Shown: in pieces, positions 38,530 through 49,519 of the stretch | Position numbering within the stretch: the first letter of the stretch is position 1 | Layout of the letters: each line of letters begins with the position of its first letter | Origin: Eledone cirrhosa | Lineage: Eukaryota | DNA: 64,000 nucleotides | Assembly (NCBI GenBank): GCA_964016885.1 | Contig: OZ024740.1 | Location: 9,982,001 to 10,046,000, forward strand | Reading direction: 5' to 3' | Translations under genes and position numbers: made by a program | Notes under the pieces: generated by a model | Database searches by the model: none | Told to the model about the DNA's origin: nothing | Seen by the model: the letters and a program-made list of their open reading frames with translations, nothing else

Positions 38530-38826
38530 ATTTTCAGTCCTTAAAATGAGCTTGCTTCAGATTTATGTCGGGAAATCATACGCAAAAGACGTCTTGAGAT
38601 TTATGAAAGTTCAGGGGTGACCCCCAAACCACTCCTTCATTTCAAATACTTATAATATGAAAACTTAAATGAATATTCTTACAATATTGGTGGCTCCTGT
38701 TACAGAAACTAACAAAGTTTCATGTGGTATTGGTTGATATCATAGACACTCGTTGTGGATCTGTTTTGTTGCTCAGCAAACATCAATGTGATAATGAAGC
38801 TCGTGTGTTTTTGTGGTCACCCTGTA
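38530..38826. mobile_element. Possible Tc1/mariner-type terminal fragment
   Basis: Ends in ggtcaccctg-TA, resembling a CAGGGTG-type TIR with a TA target; no partner TIR seen. Confidence 0.4.
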
Positions 38827-39221
38827 TATTACTCTGATTAGCAAACTACGTTTTTCTTTTATGCTAGAGTGCATTCTTTAGTAGCTACAATTGCTTTCGT
38901 ACACGCTGCAGTTCTACAATTGCCACAACCTTTTCTATTCACCTTAAGTATGAGTTTAAGAAAAAACACAAAATAATCAACAACAAAAACAAAACAAATA
39001 AAATAAAAGTATTTGTCGTTTGAATGTCTAGGAAATACCCAATCCTCCCCCACACACAGGTATTCCTCCCTCCCCCACACATAGGTACTCCCCCCACACA
39101 CACACAAGTACTCGCCCCTCCTCCCCACACATAGGTACTTCATTGAGAAAAGATGTAAGGGGAGAAATTCATGTAATGATCAAAGCATGACTGACACGCA
39201 TGCTGCACAAAGTTATTTTAG

Positions 39222-39274
<53 letters not shown>

Positions 39275-39275
39275 T

Positions 39276-39332
<57 letters not shown>

Positions 39333-39396
39333 AAGAGAGGGTTCGATTCTAGTTAATCTATATGTGTATATAGTATATATATATATATATATGAAA

Positions 39397-39650
39397 TATA
39401 TGAAATATAAGAATCAAAGAACTGTTCAAAACATTATGTTTTGAACATAATGTTTTGAACAGTTCTTTGATTCTTATATTTCATATAACTGCTCTGTAAA
39501 TCATCTGATGTTTTTACATTGAGCTACTTAACTTACTGGTAATAAGGTAGTAATACATTACTGCCTACCACTATTTAGGGTGTGTGTAAAATACTTACAA
39601 CTGCTTAAGGTTTTGTGTTTACATAACCATAAATAGTATAACTAATACTA
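39397..39650 (+). mobile_element. Fold-back copy of the 10862 repeat family
   Basis: Near-perfect hairpin 39397-39488 followed by sequence homologous to 10862-11025. Confidence 0.78.
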
Positions 39651-39688
39651 TATATATATATATAAATATATGTATGTATATATATATG

Positions 39689-39720
<32 letters not shown>

Positions 39721-39910
39721 TTGGTAAATGGAATAGAAAATGCTGACAAATTGTTCACAGTTGAAAAATGGTTTAATTAGGAATAAAAGAGTATTAGTGA
39801 TTGTATGGGTTAGTATTCAGTTGTGGTTTTAAGTTTTTAAGTTTTTACCGGTTGCGCATTTCTAAATGCTTTTCAAAAATAATTTTGAGATAGAGTGTCC
39901 GTGCTGTTTG

Positions 39911-39981
<71 letters not shown>

Positions 39982-40002
39982 ATGTGTATATATATATATA
40001 TA

Positions 40003-40059
<57 letters not shown>

Positions 40060-40087
40060 ATGTATATATATATATATATATATATAC

Positions 40088-40235
<148 letters not shown>

Positions 40236-40524
40236 ATATATATATATATACGTGTGTGTGTGTATGTCAGTAACCTGGTTCAAGTATTACTTACATAGAA
40301 ATGTCAGTAGGTATGTGATGAGTAGTTATTTATAACCTCACCACTCCCTACTTTTCTCTTTCTATCTCTCCACATAGCTCTTTCCTCACTCTAATTACTA
40401 TATTACACAACATAGTAAACCAATCTCCAGGTGTGACTCTACCTGGTCACCCTACCAGCTAGATATAACACTCAAATCACACCCCACTGTTTTAAACATG
40501 GAAAGGAGATATTGGATAATGTTT

Positions 40525-40680
40525 CGGACGCCATGCTTTCCAGCATAGTTACGTCCCTTTACGGTCTGAGTTCAAATCCCGCCGAGGTTCACTTTGCCTT
40601 TTATCCTTACGGGATCGATAAAATAGAGTACCAGTAATGTACTGGGTAATTGCTGGCCTTGTGCCAAAAGTAGAAACAGT
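40525..40680 (+). mobile_element. SINE (25181 family), 5'-truncated
   Basis: cggacgccatgctttccagcatagtt...gagttcaaatccc...gtaccagtaatg...ggccttgtgcc. Confidence 0.85.
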
Positions 40681-40786
40681 TATTTGTTGTGAAGAATACA
40701 GAGTATGTGAGTTGTTATTTTGTTGTGTGGTGATTGTGTAAAGTTTTCCAAACTGTGTTTCTGATAATCTCTTGATGTGTCGCAAA

Positions 40787-40953
40787 CACTGCCGGATTTA
40801 GGACAAATGAGGTTCTGTGCTAGTTAAGTTATGAGGCCCCTTACTTGGACCCTGAAAGAGGTAAACAACTTTTGGCAGGAAAATAGGCCCCTCTCCTGGT
40901 AAACGGGGTCCTTTGCTTAAGCACACCTAAGTACAAAGGTAAATCCGGGATTG
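40787..40953. mobile_element. hAT-type MITE
   Basis: Imperfect TIRs cactgccggattta / taaatccgggattg with an 8 bp TSD gtcgcaaa/gtcgcgaa. Confidence 0.75.
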
Positions 40954-40978
40954 GTCGCGAAAGTTAAATCTGACGAAT

Positions 40979-41110
40979 TTATTTAGGCATATTCAGTTGT
41001 GAAATATATTTTGTGTTCTTTCGTTTTAAGTAGACTACAATCGCCGTACATAATGAAACGAGTAAAACGAGTAAAATAAATAAAATGAGAACGAACGGCA
41101 TTAAATTAAT
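40979..41110 (-). other. Candidate terminal coding exon (transmembrane helix plus short basic tail)
   Basis: Acceptor-like ttccttttcttttacatatacag, then INLMPFVLILFILLVLLVSLCTAIVVYLKRKNTKYISQLNMPK*; no homology recognised. Confidence 0.25.
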
Positions 41111-41379
41111 CTGTATATGTAAAAGAAAAGGAAATGCCGTAACATACATTGTATGGTGTGGTTCTGGGGCTCCTGGTGAAGTCGAATGTTTTAACATGAA
41201 AATATAACAATCGAAATCCCCAATAAGGGGGAGGCGTTACAAATGGGTTGCTTTATACCCCGTAGATAGAACAACCCTCAACTCCAGGAGCATGTTGTGC
41301 AAGTGCTCCTTTCTTCTTTTTGGCTCTCTTCTTCAACCTACGGGATAGAGAGATAGGAGTGAACTACTGTCAGTTTCTA

Positions 41380-41656
41380 TGGTGTGTGTTCCAGTTGTTC
41401 TATCAACGGAACAGCCTGCTTGTGAAATCACCGTGCAAGTGGCAGAGCATTCTACAGCCATATATACTCAAAACCTACCTTTCCAGGTAATCCAGTGTGA
41501 TTCGGTATATGGCATGGTGCAGACCCTCCGACGAGCTTCCAAACAGTTTCTTTCGATCCAATGGCTATGTTGTATGACAGCAAAGATGCCACGCGAGGGA
41601 TCGTACCCGGGACTTAATGATTGCGAAGCAATCTTTTTAACTATTTGGCCATGTTG
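41380..41656 (-). mobile_element. Degenerate tRNA-derived SINE
   Basis: Minus strand tggccaaatagttaaa...gggtacgatccc head at 41595-41655 with a decayed body. Confidence 0.5.
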
Positions 41657-41666
41657 TTTTCACGTT

Positions 41667-41704
41667 AGATAGATAGATAGAGAGAGACAGAGAGATAGAG
41701 AGGG

Positions 41705-41736
<32 letters not shown>

Positions 41737-41746
41737 GAGAGAGAGA

Positions 41747-41824
<78 letters not shown>

Positions 41825-41830
41825 TAGATA
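41667..41830. repeat. (GATA)/(GA)n/(GACA) microsatellite, 3' flank of the Tx1 array
   Basis: Direct reading. Confidence 0.95.
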
Positions 41831-41834
41831 TGTT

Positions 41835-44800
41835 TATTTTATTTGCCACCAAGGCATCAAAAGTGGGACAAGTACAATGGGGGAGTTTACATAACAAGGC
41901 GTCCTCAATAAGGAGGAGGCAATAACAAAATATAAAAATAAAATAAAATATAACAGAATAAAATTTTATAAGAAAATCCTCAATAGAGAGGAGGCGCCTT
42001 GGTGGGGTCGCACACACACCCGAAAAAAAGTGTGCAACCCTTTTCCTCAGGAGCACAGAGAAGGGGTGCTCCCTTGGTCTTTCATCTTCCTCACCTATAG
42101 TCTGATGTAGAGTGAAGGCCCATTCACACGGGCCATTCTCGCCACTTTCACCCATCTTTCGTAAAACGGCTGGGGTGCAGCACCTCTCTCTCCATCCTGA
42201 TCCTTCTTCCGAAATGATATCGGAAGAAACGGACCAGTTGTTGGCTAGAGAGAAAGGTGTCTGACCTCAGTCCTTTCAGACGCGTCCACCATACAACCTC
42301 TTTCGCCATGGCTATTACGCACAGAAACACCGCCTCTCCTTCGTTTTGAAGAGGGGAGGCGGCTTGATCGTTACAATAGACTCGGTGGTCAACCGATCGG
42401 TCCCACCCTTGACAGCAGTTGTTCGACATAGCCCCACAGATCAGCAATGCCCGAGCAGTGTACCAATGCGTGTGCAACGGTTTCCTCGTCGCACACGCAT
42501 CTGGGACAGATCTTTTTCGAGGGGTCCCTACCCGGGCTCCCGTGTCTGTAGAGCCTTTCTCGAAACGGGCAGAGCCCTTCTGTAGCACTGCCAGGCCAGG
42601 GACCTCTGGAAGTTATCCATGGGTCCCGGGCTGAATGTCCTACCGAACAGGTTGGCCAGTTTCGTCTCCCTCCATGCCTAGGGCTTCTCCGAGGGCGTCG
42701 TCGCACCTGCTAACCACCAGCCCTCTATAGAATGACGAGGTGGATTCTCCACTGACAGTCGGGTCCGCCTGCCAGAGAGCCGTGAGCGCCTGGGCACACT
42801 CGGTGTGCCAGGCGCCCAGTTTTTCTCGGTCTTTGCTTGACCCAGGATTGCAGCTCGGTGAGTGAGACGCGTCTGGGAAAGGCTCGCCTCACAAACGGGG
42901 CCCACAACCGGTTGACCGGAGAGGAATACCTGGAGGTGCCGTAGCCTTAATGCGTGTTTACGTATCATTAGCCACGGCATCCCCAGTTCTCCCTTTCGAA
43001 GGGTGTTGACAGCAGATGGATCTCCTCACCATAGGAGCCCGCTTCTTCCAAAGGAATTGGAAGAGTGCGCGCTCCATTTTGGCGAGCGTTTCCCTTGGGC
43101 AGGCACAACGGTCAGGCGGTAGTAGATGACGGACGCTATATAAGTGTTCGCCACCTCCGCCCGATCTTTCAGGGACAGTTTGCACTCGGCCCACTTCTGG
43201 GTCAGTGCAAACACCCTGTTCGTTACCTCACCCCAGTTCTTCTCCAGCTGGAGGTTTGGTCCGAACCAGACCCCGAGCAACTTCACCGGGTCCTCCGTCC
43301 AGCGCCCGACGACGCCATCGGAGGGCATCGATCTTCCCCTCCACGTGCCGAGTTGTAGACCGATCGACTTGTCCCGGTTCAGCTTAGCCCCTGTAAACCT
43401 TTCGTACTCCTCCAGTAAGGTGCCGATCGCCCCGATTTCCGAAGCCGTAGACACCATTACTGTTACAGTCGTCGGCGTAGTCTGACACCGTTTTCCGCAA
43501 TCCCGGTTCCAACGGGATGCCCCTGCAACAACTCCAACTTCCGCAGCAGTGGCTCTAGAGTCATTACATACAGAAGGGAGGAGAGAGGGCACCGCTGTCG
43601 GATGGACCCGCGCGATTTCGAACGGCTCCGAGAGGTAGCCGTTCACCTTGACCCTAGAGCAGATGCGGCTGCTGTGCATGGCATTGATCCCAGCCCCTGA
43701 AAACGGGTCCGAAGCCTGCCGCCGCTAGCACCGCATCCAGGTAACCATGGTCGACCCTATCGAATGCCTTAGATTGATCCAAGTTGATAAGGGCCCCACC
43801 AAAGCCGGGTTCGTTCCCAACCCTCTCTATGATGTATCGCATGAGGTGGAGGTTGTCGTGGATTGGCCTGGACGGGATAGCACATGTCTGCGCATCTCCC
43901 ACCAGGTTGCCCACGACAAGCGCCAACCTCTTTGCTAGCACCTTGGCCAAAATCTGTAACTCTGTATTTAGCAGAGTTATGGGCCTGAAATTATTTATAT
44001 CGTCCCCCTTGTTCTCGTCCTTCCTCACTAGCGTGACTACGCCCTTGGTCACAGCACACGGAATTCTCCCGTTCTGTTGCCAGTTGCAGTAGACCGCCTC
44101 GAGGAGATTGGGGAACAAGTCCGGCATAGCTAAATATAGTTCGTATGGAAGACCATCGAGACACGGGGATTTGCGTTTGCCGCATTGGCTCAGCACGTCC
44201 TCTATCTCAGCGGCTGAAATCGGATCCTCGCAGGACTTCGCCTCCCTGTCCGAGAGACGCGGCAGGCCGTCGAGGTATGGACCGAAGTCCACATTCCCAA
44301 CCGGCTCCCCGCCCCTTCCGAACAATCCGGCAAAGTGCTTTTGAAAAGCCTCGCACATCTGCTTAGGTTCAAGGATCACCCGTCCATCCTGGTCTCGCAA
44401 AGACCGGATAGTGGATCTGCTCCCCCTTTTGGCTTCTGTCACGCGGATCCAGCTAACAGCTTTGGTCCCCTCGTTTCCCAGAGCACGTATTTTACTTCGG
44501 ACGATGCAGCCTTCGTGTTTCGCGTCGAAGAACTGGCCCAGGGCCGTTCTCGACGCTAGCATTCTGGCCACGTCGCCGCTTCTAATTGCCTCTTCTACAC
44601 TATCTACCAACTCCCTTTCCTTCCTATTTCTATTTGAGGCTAACTCCTTACTAAATTCTATAGAGACTACTCTAATCTCCCTTTTGAGAGATCCCCACCA
44701 CTTGCTGTTGACGATGGCGCCCGTCAACCGCTCCTTAACTAAAGTGCTAATCCGGTCCCTGTAAGCCTTACTTGCCGGTAAGGACAAGTTGAGCTTCCAG

Positions 44801-45783
44801 TAACCGGGTCCCTGTCTATGAGTTCTGTCAAGGTTGACCATGCAGGTCACTAACTTGTGGTCTGAATAGCCAACCATGCGCATTTTTGGACAACTTAAAA
44901 AGTACTTTTCCTTAATTCTAACTAAGAACCTATCTAGGTACGACCTAGATGATCCGCTACGATTTGCCCAAGTCCAGGTTGGCGTAGTCGGAAAATCTAG
45001 TCGATATCTATCGGCCAGATTAAATCGACCGATTAACCCTTTGAGGCTATTACACCCCTCTCTATCGGGACAGGCCCCTACGTAGTCCCAGCGTGCATCT
45101 AGGATACCATTCCAGTCCCCCACTAATAGCAAGGAGCGGGACGTCCCTAGAAAAGTCTCCAGACGATGGAAGAAGTCCGGCCGCATTGACCCGAAAGGGC
45201 CGTAGGCGGCTACCAACCTAAACGCTCCGCCTTCACCACTGCCAAGGTCCAGAACCACTAGTCGACCCTCCGGGTCCAAATGTACCATTTGTGTTGCGAG
45301 ACCCGAATGTTTTTGCAGCAGAACGACAACCTCACCTCCACCTCCGGGCTGACAGAGAGATGCGTGCATTTCAAAGTCATCAAAGGTGGGGGCCAGATGT
45401 CGCACGTTGCTGATCCGAGCCTCGCAAATAACCATCACATCTATACGTTGTGACCTGAGGTCATTTAGAAGCATTGTTTGCTTCCAAGTTGAGCCCAGGC
45501 CACGCGCATTTAAACAGCCTACTCTTAGCATAGCCATGTTGGTGGTGAAGAGAAAAGGCACTTACCTCTCTGGTGTCCCAGGTATCGGGCTGCACAATTT
45601 CCATTAGGGTGGGGGATGGGTTGTTGGGTGGGGTGGTGGTTTGTGGAAGTGTAGGGGCATCAGTGTGTTGTGTGGTTGGGGTGTTTGGAGTTGTGTGGGT
45701 GTTTGGGGAGAAGGTGGGGTAGTTTTTTAGAAGGACGCGGTTAATGGGCCCGACGCAGGGGGGACCCACGTCCTCTTTAAAGT
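41835..45783 (-). mobile_element. Tx1/L1-clade LINE copy A, 5'-truncated within ORF1
   Basis: ORF1 C-terminus (45560-45783), complete but indel-ridden ORF2, 3'UTR with hairpins and AATAAA joined to (TCTA/TCTG/TC)n. Confidence 0.95.
42095..45537 (-). pseudogene. ORF2 (APE endonuclease-RT-CCHC) of copy A, multiple frameshifts
   Basis: CLNARGL, GDWN, SYLDRF, SDHKLV, GPGYWKLN, FRPITLLN, LDQSKAFDRVDH, YADD, CPRC..ETVAHALVHC, spread over shifted frames. Confidence 0.95.
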
Positions 45784-46058
45784 TGTAACTCTGTATTTAG
45801 CAGAGTTATGGGCCTGAGATATAAATAGATAGACAAATTTCTGTTTATTTGCCACTAGGGCACAAAAGAAAGGGACATGTACATGGGTGGGGGGAGTTTA
45901 CATAAAAATCGAGTAAGAAAAATATAACAAACAAAATAATAACAAGAAGATCCTCAATAGGGAGGGATCGTTTTGGGGTCACACACACCCCCGAAAAAAG
46001 TGTGCGACCCTTCTCCACGGGAGCACAAAGAGAGGGTGCTCCCTCCTTTCTGTTCCAC

Positions 46059-49000
46059 CTACAGGCTGAGGTAGAGAGAAGGCCCATTCACACGGGCCAT
46101 TCTCGCAACTTTCACCCACCTTTCATAAAACTGGCTGGAGTGGAGCACCTCTCTCTCCATCCTGATCCTTCTTCCGAAATGGTATCGGAAGAAAAGGACC
46201 AGTTGTTGGCCGGAGAGAAAGGTGTCCGACCTCAGCCCTTTCAGACGCGTCCACCATATAGCCTCTTTTACCATGGCTATTACACAGAGGAAGACCGCCT
46301 CTCCTTCATTTTTGAAGGGGGGAGGCGGCTTGATCGTTACAATGGACTCGGTGGTCAACCTAATTGGTCCCACCCGTGACAGCAGTCGTTCGACATAGCC
46401 CCACAGATCGGCAACGCCCGGGCAGTGCACCAATGCGTGCGCGACGGTTTCCTCGTCGCGCACGCATCTGGGACAGATCTTTTTCGAGGGGTCCCTACCC
46501 GGGCGCCCGTGTCTGTAGAGCTTATCCCGAACGGGCAGAGCCCCTCGGTAGCACTGCCAGGCCAAGGACTTCTGGAAGTTGTCCATAGGTCCCGGGCCGA
46601 AAGTCCTACCGAATAGACTGGCCAGTTCGTCCTCCTCCATGCCTAGGGCTTCTCCGAGGGCGTCGTCGCACCCGCTAACCACCAGCCCTCTATAGAATGA
46701 CGAGGTGGAGTCTCCGTCGATAGCCGGGTCCGCCTGCCAGAGAGCCGTGAGCGCCTGGGCACACTCGGTGTGCCAGTTGCCCAGTTTTCTCGGTCTTTGC
46801 TTCACCCAGGACTGCAGCTCGGTGAGCGAGACGAGCCTCGGGAAGGCTCGCCTCACAAACGGGGCCCACACCGGTTGACCGGTGAGGAATACGTGGAGGT
46901 GCCTTAGCCTCAATGCGTGTTTACGCATTTTTAGCCACGGCATCCCCAGCCCTCCTTTCAAAGGGTGTTGACAGCAGATGGATCTCCTCACCAGAGGAGA
47001 CCTCTTCTTCCAAAGGAAATAAAAGAGGGCGCGCTCCATTTTGGCGAGGATCTCACCCGGGCAAGGCACGACAGTCAAGCGGTAATAGATGACGGACGCT
47101 ATGTAAGCGTTCGCCACCTCCGCCCGACCTTTTAGGGATAGTTTGCACTCGGCCCACTTCTGGGTCAGTGCAAACACCCTATTCGTCACCTCACCCCAGT
47201 TTTTCTCCACCTGGAGGTCCGGTCCGAACCAGACCCCAAGCAACTTCACCGGGCCCTCCGTCCACCGTCCGACGATACCGTCGCACGACATCGCTTTGCC
47301 CCTCCACTCGCCGAGTTGCAAAGCGACTGACTTGTCCCGGTTCAGCTTAGCCCCTGTCAACCTTTCGTACTCCTCTAGTAAGGTGCCGATTGCCTCGATT
47401 TCCGAGGCGGTCGACACCATTACTGTTACGTTATCGGCGTAGGCCGACACCGCTTTGCGCAATCCCGGTTCCAAAGGGATGCCCTGCAACAACTCCAACT
47501 TCCGCAGTAATGGCTCGAGAGTCAACACATACAGAAGGGAGGAGAGAGGGCACCCCTGTCGGATGGAGCGGGTGATTTCGAACGGCTCCGAAAGGTAGCC
47601 GTTCACCTTGACTCTAGAGCAGATGCGGCTGCTGTGCATGGCAGTGATCCAGCCCCTGAAAACGGGTCCGAACCCAGCCGCCGCTAGCACCGCATCCAGG
47701 TAACCATGGTCCACTCTATCGAACGCTTTAGACTGATCTAAATTTATCAGGGCCCCACCAAAGCCGGGTTCGTTCCCAACCCTCTCTATGATGTATCGCA
47801 TGAGGTGGAGGTTGTCGTGGATGGACCTGGACGGGATAGCGCATGTCTGCGCATCTCCCACCAGGCCCCCCACGACAAGCGCCAACCTCTTCGCTAACAC
47901 CTTCGCCAAAATCTTTAACTCTGCATTTAGCAGAGTTATGGGCCTAAAATTACTAATGTCATCCCCCTTGTTCTCGTCCTTCCTCACTAGCGAGACTACG
48001 CCCTTGGTCACAGAACAGGGAATTCTCCCGTTCTGTTGCCAGTTGCAGTAGACCGCCTCGAGGAGATCAGGGAACAAGTCCGGCATATTAATATATAGTT
48101 CGTAGGGCAGACCATCGAGTCCTGGAGATTTGCGTTTGCCGCATAGGCTCAGCACGTCCCCTATTTCAGCAGCTGAGATCGGCCCGTCGCAGGACCTCGC
48201 CTCCCTGTCCGAAAGACGCGGCAGGCCGTCGAGGTATGGACCGAAATCCACATCTCCAACCGGCTCCCCGCCCCTCCCGAACAATTCGGCAAAGTGCCTT
48301 TGAAAGGCCTCGCACATTTGCTTAGGTTCAAGGATCAGCCGTCCATCCTGGTCTCGCAAAGACCGGATAGTGGATTTAATCCCACTTTTCGCTTCTGTCA
48401 CGCGGGCCCAGCTAACAGCTTTGGTCCCCTCGTTTCCCAGAGCACGTATTTTGCTTCGGACAACGCAGCCTTCGTGTTTCGCGTCGAAGAACTGGTTCAA
48501 GACCGTTATCGACGCTTGCACTCTGGCCACGTTGCCGCTTCTCATTGCCTCTTCAACATTAACTACCAACTCCCTTTCCTTCCTATTTCTATCTGAGGCT
48601 AACTCCTTACTAACTCCTATTGAAACTACTCTAATCTCTCTTTTTAGAGAGCCCCACCACCTGTTGTTGACGATGGCGCCCGTCAACTGCTCCTTAACTA
48701 AGGTTCTAATCCGGTCCCTGTAAGCTCTACTTGCCGGTAAGGACAAGTTGAGCTTCCAGTAACCGGGCCCCTGCCTATGCGTTCTATCAAGGTGGACTAC
48801 GCAGGTCACTAACTTGTGGTCTGAATAGCCCACCATGAGCATTTCTGGACAACTTAAAAAGTCCCTATCCTTAATTCTAACTAAGAACCTATCTAGGTAC
48901 GATCTAGATTGACCACTGTTATTTGACCAGGTCCAGGTTGGTACAGTCGGAAAATCTAGTCGGTATCTATCGGCCAGGTCGAATCGGCCGATTAACCCCT

Positions 49001-49496
49001 TAAGGCTGTTACACCCCCCTCTATCGGGACATGCCCCTACATAGTCCCAACGTGCATCTAGGATACCATTCCAGTCCCCCACTAAAAGCAAGGAGCGGGA
49101 CGTCCCTAGAAAAGTCTCCAGACGATGGAAGAAGTCCGACCGCATTGCCCCAAAAGGGGCGTATACGGCGACAAGCCTAAAAGCTTCGCCTTCGCCATTG
49201 CCAAGGTCCAGAACCACGAGTCGACCCTCCGGGTCCAAGTGTACCGTCTGTGTAGCGAGACCCAGATGTTTTTGCAGCAGAACGACAACCCCACTCCCAC
49301 CTCCAGGCTGACAGAGAGATGCGTGCATCTCAAAGTCATCAAAGGTGGGGGTTAGCTGTCGCATGCTGCTGATCCGGGCCTCGCAAATAACCATCACATT
49401 TACACATTGTGACCTGAGGTCACTTAGAAGTTTAGCTTGCTTCCAAGGTGAGCCCAGGCCACGCGCATTTAGACAACCTACTCTTAAGACAGCCAT
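46059..49496 (-). CDS. ORF2p: APE endonuclease, reverse transcriptase, C-terminal zinc knuckle (1145 aa; YADD motif reads YADN)
   Basis: Uninterrupted ORF with the L1/Tx1 motifs (IRQGCPLS, YADN, KLLGVWF, CPRCVRDEETVAHALVHC). Confidence 0.97.
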   Translation of the reverse strand: MAVLRVGCLNARGLGSPWKQAKLLSDLRSQCVNVMVICEARISSMRQLTPTFDDFEMHASLCQPGGGSGVVVLLQKHLGLATQTVHLDPEGRLVVLDLGNGEGEAFRLVAVYAPFGAMRSDFFHRLETFLGTSRSLLLVGDWNGILDARWDYVGACPDRGGCNSLKGLIGRFDLADRYRLDFPTVPTWTWSNNSGQSRSYLDRFLVRIKDRDFLSCPEMLMVGYSDHKLVTCVVHLDRTHRQGPGYWKLNLSLPASRAYRDRIRTLVKEQLTGAIVNNRWWGSLKREIRVVSIGVSKELASDRNRKERELVVNVEEAMRSGNVARVQASITVLNQFFDAKHEGCVVRSKIRALGNEGTKAVSWARVTEAKSGIKSTIRSLRDQDGRLILEPKQMCEAFQRHFAELFGRGGEPVGDVDFGPYLDGLPRLSDREARSCDGPISAAEIGDVLSLCGKRKSPGLDGLPYELYINMPDLFPDLLEAVYCNWQQNGRIPCSVTKGVVSLVRKDENKGDDISNFRPITLLNAELKILAKVLAKRLALVVGGLVGDAQTCAIPSRSIHDNLHLMRYIIERVGNEPGFGGALINLDQSKAFDRVDHGYLDAVLAAAGFGPVFRGWITAMHSSRICSRVKVNGYLSEPFEITRSIRQGCPLSSLLYVLTLEPLLRKLELLQGIPLEPGLRKAVSAYADNVTVMVSTASEIEAIGTLLEEYERLTGAKLNRDKSVALQLGEWRGKAMSCDGIVGRWTEGPVKLLGVWFGPDLQVEKNWGEVTNRVFALTQKWAECKLSLKGRAEVANAYIASVIYYRLTVVPCPGEILAKMERALFYFLWKKRSPLVRRSICCQHPLKGGLGMPWLKMRKHALRLRHLHVFLTGQPVWAPFVRRAFPRLVSLTELQSWVKQRPRKLGNWHTECAQALTALWQADPAIDGDSTSSFYRGLVVSGCDDALGEALGMEEDELASLFGRTFGPGPMDNFQKSLAWQCYRGALPVRDKLYRHGRPGRDPSKKICPRCVRDEETVAHALVHCPGVADLWGYVERLLSRVGPIRLTTESIVTIKPPPPFKNEGEAVFLCVIAMVKEAIWWTRLKGLRSDTFLSGQQLVLFFRYHFGRRIRMEREVLHSSQFYERWVKVARMARVNGPSLYLSL

Positions 49497-49519
49497 GTTG
49501 GTGGCAAAGAAAGAGGCAC

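Noticed and set aside
38859-38945. Cys-containing peptide VNRKGCGNCRTAACTK after an acceptor-like sequence
   Set aside because: Too short, no recognisable domain, and several frames are equally plausible.
42095-43700. Frameshifts in Tx1 copy A as programmed recoding
   Set aside because: They are numerous, private to this copy and absent from B; decay or read errors explain them.
45845-46058. Open hydrophobic frame in the 3'UTR of Tx1 copy B as an ORF3 or env-like extension
   Set aside because: It would only be joined to ORF1 if the second AG were used; copies A and C stop immediately in that frame, and the hydrophobicity follows from the T-rich UTR.
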